A stretch of DNA of 64,000 bases, taken from positions 827,511-891,510 of the forward strand of contig NW_018408821.1 in assembly GCF_002113885.1 (NCBI RefSeq). Direction: 5' to 3'. This document shows positions 12,979 to 23,930 of this stretch, one piece after another. This DNA is from Mizuhopecten yessoensis (lineage: Eukaryota). Each line of letters starts with the position of its first letter. Within the stretch, counting starts at the first letter, position 1. Under the pieces are notes generated by a model. That model searched no databases, was not told where the DNA came from, and worked only from the letters and a program-made list of their open reading frames with translations. The position numbers and the translations under genes were made by a program.

Positions 12979-13994
12979 GGACCTGTTACAGGAACAAAAG
13001 AATTTTGCCCACAAAGCAATTTAACCATTACTGGTTTATATTTGTAGCTCCCTAAGACACGACCCATGAGATATTTCTAAAAAAAATAAAAGGTCCCCAG
13101 GGCCTGTGCTATGAACTATTTAGTGCCGCCTTCCAAAGGTGTACGACAGGGTTCACATTTTGTCCAAAAAACTATCAAAACAATGTTTTACGCTATCAAA
13201 TAATATTATATTATTTACAGTAGGATCTGCTGCAAATTATGAACTCAAATATGTAACAAAAAATTACATAATAAAAAAGTTATAAAATCTTAAAGTCTAA
13301 AAATTTTGGTATTTTCATACACTTTTTTGCTACATCAATTGTTTTACGGAAGTAACACACCAATTTCCGGTTCTTGTACACCAAAAATCTTTTAATATTA
13401 TTTGGTACATTATGTTGAGATACTATAGTGAAAATTTCAGAAAATTTGAGAACCGGTAAATTTGTCATATAAATGTCAAATTGTAGCAACGTCTATTTCC
13501 AAATATAATGCAATAACCTTATGACTATAGTCATGTTTGATCCTTTAACAATATGTCGCACCAATTTATTATCGCAACTGATCAAAGTTTCATCAATAAG
13601 GTCTGCTGCTTATGATGAGCCCAACTATAAAACTATTTGTTGCCAAATAAAAAAGTTATGCAGTCTCTCACACATAAAAGTTTATTATGTTATGTACATT
13701 TTTAGTTGTTTCGCATCTTTACGGAAGTGATAGACACAATTTCGATTTTTGTACACCAACGAATTTTGGATATTATTTGGCACATTATGTTGACTGACGA
13801 TAGTAGAAATTTCGAAAAAATCGGTATTCGGTAAATGTGTCATCTTAAGGTTAATATGGTGTATGACCAATGTCAAAATAAATCTTCAATAACTACAGGT
13901 CAATGCAAGTATTTCATAATTAACCCAAAATCATTCCAATATACTATCAAGGTGGATGATATGGTTTATAGTAGAGTATGACTGTTTAACTAAA
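12979..13994 (+). repeat. left terminal inverted repeat (~1,016 bp)
   Basis: Reverse complement of 16600-17621 with scattered mismatches. The identical 69-aa ORFs at 13280-13489(-) and 17111-17320(+) confirm the symmetry. Confidence 0.95.
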
Positions 13995-14256
13995 CTAGGT
14001 AGTTAAAGGGGGGCATACAGCAAACGTTAGGCAATTTGTCAGAACATTTGGTGTACCAGTATAATATGTTGAAGCTATGTTAATGCATAACATTGGTTCT
14101 TTTTAGGAGAGTTATAGTTTCCAATTCATGGATTGTTGTATTTACTGGTTTTTTTTTAGTTTCACAACACATAGTCAAAATTGGTTATTAAAAACATTTT
14201 TATGAATTTCTACTTTCTAAGTCAATCTTAGGTCATGCTTCTCCTTTTGAATGCAT

Positions 14257-16161
14257 TCACAATATGCAGTCTCTGAATTTGCGAGCTGAAGGCTGGAGCG
14301 TTTTAGCATCTGTTAAATGTGCATAGTATCCTAGATAATACAGTATTGATGCGACATGAGCACACATACCCGATGTTCTCTTTCCTGCAGGACACACACA
14401 ATAGTATGCCTTTACAGGATCCTCTGATGCGTGTTGGTCAAACTCGATCCAGACATTGTATTTTGCTTGCGACCTGTGGCGAGAGTGTATTTGGCCTCGG
14501 AGAAGGTCATCAGCATGTTGGTACACCCATATCTCATAATCGCCCCCATCTGTCTGATGTTCGGTGATATAGCCAGGTGCCAGTTTCAGCTGATATGTAC
14601 CACAAGCCAAAGTCTCCAGGTATTCCAAATCTAGCTTTGGAAACGGGATTTGCGAGGCTTCCAGCTTCTTCCATTCACTCTTTGCTCTGCGGGTCATATT
14701 TGGATCATCAGCTACACGCTTGGCCAACGCATTGTCACTGTCCAAGAGAGACAACATGCGTTTTGCCATTTGTGTATCACGCTGCTCACGAAGTGGATCA
14801 GAACAATATATTGGTCCTCGGAACGCATTCAGACATGCAGTCACAATGCGAACGAGTTTGTCAATAACCGGAACCAGAACGTTTGAAGGAAGTTTTTCTC
14901 TGAACAGAATCCACTTCTTCAAACGCCCATGGTAGGCTTCGACAACCCAACGGGTTTTGGTACATTGGCGATCTTCATTCGCCTGGGAAGCATCTACTTG
15001 TGATTTCCCAGGGGGAAGGAAGGATGGCATTTTTGAATCGTACCCCAACTCGGCTAAAACATCGAGGACATCCCTAAAACCACGATCGACAATAACATTG
15101 TCATGTTCATCAAGCCAAGACTTCAGGAGGTCAAAGTTTTCAATGATAAGTTTAGTTATTGATGCATCATTAACACTTCCATAATACGGTCCGATTGTGT
15201 CCAACACATATCCATCTGGCAACACAATTGACATAAACTTCAGATAATTCGTTTTCTTTTGTCCGCAATATGATGATCTCTGGAATGCATGATGCGAACT
15301 TTTGTTTAGATAGATGTAAGTGCCATCAAGTATGAGACTTGCTTTGTCCCCAAAAAATGCTTTGGTAAACACTGTGTTGTGTGATAAGGCTTCTTTGCGT
15401 GACATATGGTTTGTTCCAAGGTATTGGGGCACAACGGTTACATTCAAAACTTCGATAATCTTGTGGAAATATCTGGACAGTGAGGCTGTTGATAATTTGG
15501 TCAGAACTGACAACTGGTTCCAAGACAGATCAGTTTTTAATTTTGCACAGAAAAAAAGGAGCAAGTCTTCGGAGCACACACCATCAGTAAAAGCTGAAAG
15601 GATGTCGGGTTTGCACATCTCATGCATTTCCATAAACTGCTTTAGAGTCCATTCTGTCCATGCATGGCAATCTGAATCCGACAATGTTTTCAATTGTAGT
15701 TTTGGAGAATTTCCATATTTAGACACGTTATGTATGATCTCAAGAAGATCAGTTATGACCTCGGAACCAATAGCGTTATCAAGTTTCGTTTGCAAGGATG
15801 CCCTATCGACCATAGCTACTTCAGTATCTGGGTGTAAAATGCTTCCGATGATGTGTTTAGGACAAATACACGCATCACGAGGGAACCAAAGCCTGTGATT
15901 TACCATTAGAGAATGTTGCACTTGTTTCGGAATGGTAGCACATGTGTCATTATACTGGAGACATACAGAACATTTGCGATAAGAAGAGGATGCATATTTC
16001 AGATCTGTGATATTCAAGAGGGGCACTGACGGAATAATGGGGATGGCATCAATAACATCTTCCTCATCTTGCAAATCACGACCGGTTTGTTCTTCTCCCT
16101 GAGAATAGTGACTCTCCACAGATGTGCTTGAATGAAGTCTCTTCCTGACACATTTGTCCAT
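14257..16161 (-). CDS. DDE transposase (DDE_Tnp_4/IS5-like) with N-terminal C2CH finger, HTH and C-terminal SWIM finger
   Basis: 634-aa open ORF. Motifs: CSVC...CPKH; HTH-like KLKTDLSWNQLSVLTKLSTASLSRYF; catalytic LILDGT, NDASI, VDRGF and RWVVE; SWIM motif CVCPAGKRTSGMCAH. Confidence 0.92.
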   Translation of the reverse strand: MDKCVRKRLHSSTSVESHYSQGEEQTGRDLQDEEDVIDAIPIIPSVPLLNITDLKYASSSYRKCSVCLQYNDTCATIPKQVQHSLMVNHRLWFPRDACICPKHIIGSILHPDTEVAMVDRASLQTKLDNAIGSEVITDLLEIIHNVSKYGNSPKLQLKTLSDSDCHAWTEWTLKQFMEMHEMCKPDILSAFTDGVCSEDLLLFFCAKLKTDLSWNQLSVLTKLSTASLSRYFHKIIEVLNVTVVPQYLGTNHMSRKEALSHNTVFTKAFFGDKASLILDGTYIYLNKSSHHAFQRSSYCGQKKTNYLKFMSIVLPDGYVLDTIGPYYGSVNDASITKLIIENFDLLKSWLDEHDNVIVDRGFRDVLDVLAELGYDSKMPSFLPPGKSQVDASQANEDRQCTKTRWVVEAYHGRLKKWILFREKLPSNVLVPVIDKLVRIVTACLNAFRGPIYCSDPLREQRDTQMAKRMLSLLDSDNALAKRVADDPNMTRRAKSEWKKLEASQIPFPKLDLEYLETLACGTYQLKLAPGYITEHQTDGGDYEIWVYQHADDLLRGQIHSRHRSQAKYNVWIEFDQHASEDPVKAYYCVCPAGKRTSGMCAHVASILYYLGYYAHLTDAKTLQPSARKFRDCIL

Positions 16162-16599
16162 AACATCTCATGCATATCTTACTGCCATCTTCTACAATCA
16201 GATCTTGGTTTATAAGCATATGTTTCAACCAAGTATTATGCGGGGAGTCCAGCAATCTGGCTGTTTTACCGTCCTTTTTATATCCTTAAATCTTTTCCTA
16301 CATTCTGGCATGATACAGGCATCACCCATGATGAAAGAATAATTTGAAGACTACTAGTATAGCTAGCTATGAATTACAAGATGTGAGTATGTGTGATCAT
16401 GTGTACCTTGAAAACTGAAGTGATCCTATCACCACATCCCTATACCTTGGTATATTTTTCCTAAACTGCATTTCACATAAAAACAATATGATATAAACGG
16501 GGGTTTTATCCAAGGAGGTCAATTACCACAACCTATTTATTTAGGCCATTGTACATATCCTAACTGCAATTCTACCATTAGGATTCCATTTGTAGTCCA

Positions 16600-17621
16600 T
16601 TTAGTTAAACAGTTGATCAAGACTCTGCTATAAACCATATCATCCACCTTGATAGCATATTGGAATGATTTTGGGTTAATTATGAAATACTTGCATTGAC
16701 CTGTAGTTATTGAAGATTTATTTTGACATTGGTCATACACCATATTAACCTTAAGATGACACATTTACACGAATACCGATTTTTTCGAAATTTCTATTAT
16801 CGTCAGTCAACATAATGTGCCAAATCATATCCAAAATATGTTGGTGTACAAAATCCGAAATTGTGTCTATCACTTCCGTAAAGATGCGAAACAACTAAAA
16901 ATGTACATAAAATACTAAACTTTTATGTGTGAGAGATTGCATAACTTTTTTATTTGGCAACATCTAGCTTTATAGTTGGGCTCATCATAAGCAGCAGACC
17001 TTATTAATGAAACTTTGATCAGTTGCGATAATAAATTGGTTCGACATATTGTTAAAGGATCAAACATGACTATAGTCATAAGGTTATTGCATTATATTTG
17101 GAAATAGACGTTGCTACAATTTGACATTTATATGACAAATTTACCGGTTCTCAAATTTTCTGAAATTTTCACTATAGTATCTCAACATAATGTACCAAAT
17201 AATATTAAAAGATTTTTGGTGTACAAGAACCGGAAATTGGTGTGTTACTTCCGTAAAACAATTGATGTAGCAAAAAAGTGTATGAAAATACCAAAATTTT
17301 TAGACTTTAAGATTTTATAACTTTTTTATTATGTAATTTTTTGTTACATATTTGAGTTCATAATTTGCAACAGATCCTACTGTAAATAATATAATATTAT
17401 TTGATAGCGTAAAACATTGTTTTGATAGTTTTTTGGACAAAATGTGAACCCTGTCGTACACCTTTGGAAGGCGGCACTAAATAGTTCGTAGCACAGGCCC
17501 TGGGGACCTTTTTATTTTTTTAAAAATATCTCATAGGTCGTGTCTTAGGGAGCTACAAATATAAACCAGTAATGGTTAAATTGCTTCGTGGGCAAAATTC
17601 TTTTGTTCCTGTAACAGGTCC
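16600..17621 (-). repeat. right terminal inverted repeat (~1,022 bp)
   Basis: Reverse complement of 12979-13994. Confidence 0.95.
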
Positions 17622-18546
17622 TTTTAGATATTGTTCAAAATGGTTTTTTTTTATTAACTCTAAATCTGAGGTTACGTTTCTGTTTTGTTATAGTATGATT
17701 TCACAGACATTAATATTATTCATAGACATGATTTTAAGGACACACTATGTGCAGTTTCACATATATCATATTCACTTTATGTTTTGCGTTGTGTATGTTG
17801 TAGAAGTCAAAATTAAAACAAAATTTGTATATATTGTTGACTGGTCTACACAACACTAAAACAAATTCAGAAATCTGAAGTTGCAATGAAGAATGGATTA
17901 GGATTGATATTGTATGTAATACAGGATTACTGATGTAAGCTCTATGCACAGGTGTGACAGCTGATTACCTTTTAGAAGTATAGTTTTAGATAGTTGTACC
18001 GGATATCGTGGAATGTGGATGACTGAGTGACGTAGATAAACATAAACTACAAGTTCCATTCAAAAATATCTCAATTACATCTCAAGTACAGATTGCATAA
18101 TAGTATGCTCAGCTAGTGCCAAATTCCTGCTGTATTCTCAGCTGGAATAACATTTGTCTTATCATAATGTGTTGTATTAGGCAGATTACTTAACACAATG
18201 CATTAACATAACTCCTGGCAACACAGATTCTTAATATGAATCTAATTTAGGACGGCATTGATAATTAAATAACATCCTGATACTTGGCACATGGGTATTT
18301 TTAAGGTAGAGAAATGATTAATCTACTAGTTTTATTGTTGGGAATAGATCTGTCCAGTATATATATATTTAGAAAAACCTTAGATGTTTTGTTTGTACAT
18401 ATACTATTAGTGACTCATGAATGGATGTATAGCAATGTGAAGTCTAGAGAAGTAATTGGCATTGAAATGTTACAAAATACGACACGGGAATGATGCATAT
18501 AATAACTAGTTTGTTGATGCAGAAAGCCAAACAAAGTAAATATTAA

Positions 18547-18629
18547 CTCATTCACCCCTGAAACTTCATAATGAACTATTCCAACCTTTGAATTGCAAGA
18601 GTTCAAATGTTTCTTCAGGGGTGAATGAG
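18547..18629. mobile_element. 83-bp piggyBac-like MITE
   Basis: TTAA|CTCATTCACCCCTGAA...TTCAGGGGTGAATGAG|TTAA: perfect 16-bp TIRs with TTAA flanks. Confidence 0.75.
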
Positions 18630-19382
18630 TTAATAACCATACCTTATGGCTATTTCGACCATTTAGGACTCATCAGTGATGATCAGTTGTAATACAGGAA
18701 GAAAACTCCTGTCAAAAGTATTCCGAAATATACGTAGAAAGGTACAAAAAAAGGTACCTATAAAACACTTCATAACATTATGGATTCACGGCTACAGCAG
18801 ATAATTTATTCTTAAAATCAGTATTTCATGTAAACCACACCTGAATAAAATCCAGACAATTGACGTTATTGGGGGACTGATAAGCCACCAGCAAAGTCAA
18901 CCCATCTTGCGACACTAAATTATCATGAGAAATACAAAGTAACTAAATTAAATAAATTGTTTGGTTGCATTAAACTATATGTTCAAGACAGAAACACCAA
19001 AGTTTTTTGTTGCTATAACAGATCCTCAGGCGTCGGAAATGACTGTTTCAGCCACTTTAAAAGTTTTAATCGAATGAAACTGAGAACAGATAGGCTTATT
19101 TTCTAGACAATGTTTTGGTGAATATCAGTATTATATTTTATCAAAGAAGCATTAAAAAATAATTGTGAGTGAGGAACATTTTAAGTAACATATTCTTAAA
19201 ATAAATGTACATTCTGCTTGTAGAAAAGCGTTAATTCGAACCGTCGGGTTCTAAAAGTCAGTTTTTGGTAAAGTTAGTTTTCACTGTATAAAAGTATTGT
19301 GAATATAGAGGCAGTTTAATTCTTCTTCTATTAGCATGTAAAGTTATATGTAGATTATGCAAATTAAAAGAATTTTCCCCTA

Positions 19383-20240
19383 CTCCCTAGGGAGTGACAA
19401 AGAAATCATACCCTAGGGAGTGACAGAGAAATCATACCCTAGGCAGTGACAAAGATATCATACCCTAGGGGGCGACAGAAAAATCATACCCTAGGGAGTG
19501 ACAGAGAAATCATACCCTAGGCAGTGACAAAGATATCATACTCGAGGGGTTGACAGAGAAATCATACCCTAGGGAGTGACAGAAAAATGATACCCTTGTG
19601 GCTGACAGGGAAATCATATCCTAGGGGTGACAAAGAAATCATACCCTAGGGGGGTGACAGATAATTCATATTCTAGGGGTTGACTGAAAAATGTAACCCT
19701 CCTGGAACTGACAGAAAAAAATGATACTCTAGGGGGGGTGATAGAGGTATCCTACTCCAGTGGTGACAGAGAAATCATACCCTAAGGCATCCTCGATATC
19801 CAGGGGTTATGCTCACTTTCACTCTCTACACCCCTAGAATATGTCGTAGCAAAATTGAAGGCACAAAGATAGCTGTTTGATTGGTCTCAGGTAAAAAAAG
19901 ACCTGACCAATCGCTAGGCTGATACCTGTCCTTTGAAGATTATAAAGGAGAGACACCCGACTTCAAAGCTTGTCAATTTTTACCGTTAGGTGACCACTGA
20001 CAAGATTTTTTTTATGTATATCAAAAGATCGAACTAGTCTTCTTGTCTCATCAACAAGGTGGCGCACACCGAGCCTTCAATTTCGCTATGACATATGCCA
20101 TGGGTGTAGAGAGCAAACGTGAGCGTAACCCCTGGATATCGAGGATGACCCTAAGGGTGACAGGGAAATCATACCCTAGGGGGTGATATAGGAATTATAC
20201 ACAAGGGAGTGACAGAGAAATCATACCCTAGGGGGTTGAC
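19383..20240. repeat. ~26-bp minisatellite (CCCTAGGGAGTGACAGAGAAATCATA) interrupted by a MITE
   Basis: Tandem units on both sides of the 19788-20147 insertion. Confidence 0.9.
19788..20147. mobile_element. 360-bp MITE with a 9-bp TSD (MULE-like TSD length)
   Basis: ~75-bp TIRs CATCCTCGATATCCAGGGGTTA.../...TAACCCCTGGATATCGAGGATG. TSD ACCCTAAGG at 19779-19787 and 20148-20156. Confidence 0.85.
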
Positions 20241-20719
20241 AAAAACACTCTGGAACAGGTAAAAGCCGAGATAATTCTGTGAGTGGTGATAGGATAACAC
20301 ATCCCTTCACAGATCCTGAAATGAATCTTTTCTATTTCAAAGGTCACAAAAGTTGAAATGGAAGTAAATTTATTGTCTGTCAACATGTATTTAAAACCTC
20401 TTAAAAACATAGAAATAGGAGGCTTGCAAAATTATATATTTATAAACAAAACTGCTTAGAAACGTTATTATAAAAAGAACTTCTTCTGATTAAAAGCCTT
20501 AATAAGTTACAGAACTTTCCCTTATCATTGATGCCAGGAATGAAAGTAAGAAAGACAACTGTGCATTGAACATGAATTGATGTGAAAAGATCTCTTGCTG
20601 ACAGTTTTCAAAAGGAAGTACAGTGTAGTACCTTAAACAAACTCATTCAATAGTTTTGAAGGTTTATGAAATAACATTCACAGAACACATGCATTTAACA
20701 AAACCTTTTTGTTTTGCAG

Positions 20720-20815
20720 GGTTACGGAAGAGCTGACCACTCTGTCACCTTCTTAGTACTTCAGAAGAAGTTTGGGAGTAACTACAACATCACATTCAGC
20801 AATGAGGGCTACTAG
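20720..20815 (+). CDS. PHPT1: phosphohistidine phosphatase, last coding exon
   Basis: Acceptor TTTTGCAG|, then GYGRADHSVTFLVLQKKFGSNYNITFSNEGY*. In phase with the exon ending at 11028, and carries the family GxADH and terminal (S)NEGY motifs. AATAAA near 21933. Confidence 0.93.
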   Translation, partial: GYGRADHSVTFLVLQKKFGSNYNITFSNEGY

Positions 20816-21099
20816 ACGCTACACTTATTCCTCATATATTTACTGACACATAGAAGGAGTAAAAGGAGTATGTTCAGTATAACACTGATACTAGAGGCGA
20901 CGAACTTTAAAAACCACACAGCATTTTGACTCAGCATCATCGTACCTAGAGGAGAAGAGGTTGGAATATCAGTCAGCACCTTGACAGACTTTGAAGGAGG
21001 TTGACTACAGGAACGTTACTTTTATTTTACTAGAACTAGTGTCTATAAAACATTAAGTTTACATTTAAGTTGTTGCCCAAGTCAAAAAGAAGAGAATGA

Positions 21100-21530
21100 A
21101 TCAACTGGATACCATATGTAACCACGGTTACATGTATGTACTTAAACTGGAGTCAACATGGTTACCTCATATGACCATGGATTCCTGCACCCGAGTCAAC
21201 ATGGTTACCTCATGTGACCATGGTTTCCTACACTTTAGTCAACATGGTTACCTCATGTGACCATGGTTTCCTACACTTTAGTCAAAAAGGTTACCTCATG
21301 TGACCATGACTTCCTGCACCCGAGTCAACGTAGTTACATCATGTGACCATGGTTTCCTACACTTTAGTCAAATGGTTACCTCATGTGACCACAGTTTCCT
21401 AAACTTAAGTCAACATGGTTACCTCATGTGATGGTGGTTTCCTTCACTTTAGTCAACATGGTTGCCTCATGTGACCATAACTCCCTACACTTGAGTCACC
21501 ATGGTTACATCATGTGACTGTAACAACCTA
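21100..21530. repeat. 43-bp minisatellite (~9-10 copies) in the presumptive PHPT1 3' UTR
   Basis: Unit GTCAACATGGTTACCTCATGTGACCATGGTTTCCTACACTTTA, with starts at 21152, 21195, 21238 and onward. Confidence 0.9.
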
Positions 21531-23584
21531 CACAGGTTTGAGAAGGATGGGGATGGTTCTAATATTTGATGTCATAAAGGATTTTTGGAAAAATGAATCT
21601 GTTGGAACTCTGATGACAATCATTTAATGTAACTTTATTTTGTTGATGTAATGATATAAGTAAGTTACTTTCAGTATTTTAAAGATTTTCTGTCCTCTTC
21701 ACTTGCCAAAATAGTGATATTTAGCATTAACATTAACACCAAGCAAAAGACCTCTACATGACATTTCAAATTTGTTTATGCATGTTCTTAAAAAAAATGG
21801 GGAACATGTACATGTGTTATGGTATATTGTATAGATCTAGCTATTTAATGTGTGTTTAATGAAATCATTTAAAATTAAAATTTATTTTCATTCAAATCTA
21901 CCTTCTGTACTAGGTTAGTTCTATTTACCAAAAATAAATGATTTTTGCCTATGAGTAAAGTTTGTCTCTATTTATTGTTGTGAATTAAGATTGGTTGTTT
22001 ATGATACACAAATGTTGTCATTCATATAGGATCTTACATGAGTTTCCATTTCATATGATATTTATGAAACGAGTAAGAATTTTTCAATTTAGCGAGCTAA
22101 AATGAAAAATTTGTGATGAGTTTCATAAATTTCATATGAAATGAAAACGAGTGTAACATCCTTATTTTTACGTAATCAAGATTTGTGGCATTTATTCGTG
22201 TTAAACGACAATTTTCATGCAACCTTGACATGTAAAAAGCCGCCATTTTGACTCCAGTGCGTAAGTCTGTGACGCCGTGTTCTTGTCCTAGTGTGATGTC
22301 ACAATTGAAATCATTGAAACTTACAACCAATCACAGGACTGATAGGTCATATGACATGGGTTAACATTCACTGGATAACACAGTACATTATGTAATAAAT
22401 GGTTTTATCATGTAAAATGGTGGTGATGAACATTTGCTGAAGTTATATCATGATTTTTAGTTGATATGAAATGCTGACTTTTGTTGATAAGTATTTTAAT
22501 GTATTTAATATTTACAGTTTAAAAATAATCTTAATTAATTAAAGTGGTTATAGTAACCATTTCATTTGAATGTGTTGAATGAATCTTTGGTAAAAATGTG
22601 CCTTCATTCTTGTTTTCAAGTTTCCATGATTATGACTGATTTAGTCGGTTTTATCGGGCCAATGTCTAGGTTTTGAGATTACATGTAAGCTCGGTTGTAG
22701 TCATTTTCAAGAAGACTGTGTCTTGAAACATTAACTTGGTGATTGTAAAATTGATCTTAAACAAGGTCACACATCTGCACATGCACTTATGTATTCCATA
22801 ACTTGTGAAATATTTTGGAACCTAATCAGTGTGGCCACAATGAACCTTCGAAAATACTGTACATGTCTAAATAGGAGGAATTCCGTCCCAAATTTGGATG
22901 TCTGAAAAACATTTTATTGTACATGTTACTTATTTATCATTTTGTTTTTTATTGAACTTTTACATAGCGAAAGATGCAACATTTTGGCCAACCTTTTTTT
23001 TTAAATGCTCATCTTTAGGGAAATGGCCATCTATTTTGTGGAAATTTGAAAACAACAACATACTATTTTCATTGTATGTGTTGAAAAAATAAAATATGTT
23101 GTATCTAGTGTTCTGTTTCATTTTCATTGTATGATCATACAATTGTCAAGTCCCAAACATACATAAGCTTAAGTCATATAATGAAATAGTATGTCTTTTT
23201 TGACAGTTTAAAATATCTTAATGTCCCAAACAAAATGGAGGAGTATCAAGAATGGAGTACTGAGTTCACCGTACTGAACCGTATGTACACAACAGCGAAA
23301 GTATTGCCTAGTCAAACATGCATGACTGCTGCACATGTACAGGTCGATATGCAAAATCCACACTAAAATAACGGTTGAAACATCGAACCTGTTCTAAGTA
23401 AAACAAAGATATACATGCTAAAAGCAGCGTTGCAACACAGGACATATCAAACAGTAAAAAGACAAAAGGAACTGATCATGAGGAAATACCAAACTAAATG
23501 AAAACATAGACATGAAAACCCCCAGAAGTGAGACTAGGTAGTCTGTCAAGTGTTTTTCTGTACTACATAATGTCTCGTGATAAA

Positions 23585-23930
23585 TTCACCGGACTATCCC
23601 CTTGCAAGGAAAATTCAAGGGGATAGTCATAATAGGGCTCAGCCCGTACGTACCTTTTGTATGAATGAATGTAAGTTAAACTCTTTGTCATCGGTCTAGC
23701 GACTTCATTTCTCAACAGAATTTCATGAATTTTCCAATAAGTGTTTGGTATGTCAATGCCTTTAACAAGGTCATCTTTCAGATTCCTACGTTGAAGGTCA
23801 AGGTCACTGTTACTATTTTTAGAGAGAAAAAAATTGTCATTGCTCTTACATTGTACAACTTCATTCATCAACGGAATTTCATGAAACTTGATACAAGAGT
23901 TTGGTATGACAATACCTTGAAACCAAATGT
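23585..23930 (+). mobile_element. HINE/pearl-like repeat fragment
   Basis: Hairpin ACTATCCCCTTG...CAAGGGGATAGT followed by a degenerate tetranucleotide tract, then GAAGGTCAAGGTCAC and TTCATGAAACTTG core motifs. Confidence 0.5.

Larger units (their letters stand above)
12979..17621 (-). mobile_element. full-length PHIS-group (PIF/Harbinger-ISL2EU-Spy) DNA transposon, Spy-type, 4,643 bp
   Basis: Termini GGACCTGTTACAGG...CCTGTAACAGGTCC with ~1-kb TIRs. Flanks are AAA (12976-12978) and TTT (17622-17624) with no TSD. Contains an IS5-like DDE transposase ORF. Confidence 0.9.

Noticed and set aside
15320-15898. 192-aa + strand ORF inside the transposon as a second gene
   Set aside because: Antisense shadow of the transposase, with no Myb/SANT or YqaJ motifs.
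13280-17320. Two identical 69-aa ORFs on opposite strands
   Set aside because: Mirror images within the TIRs; TTG start and no protein features.
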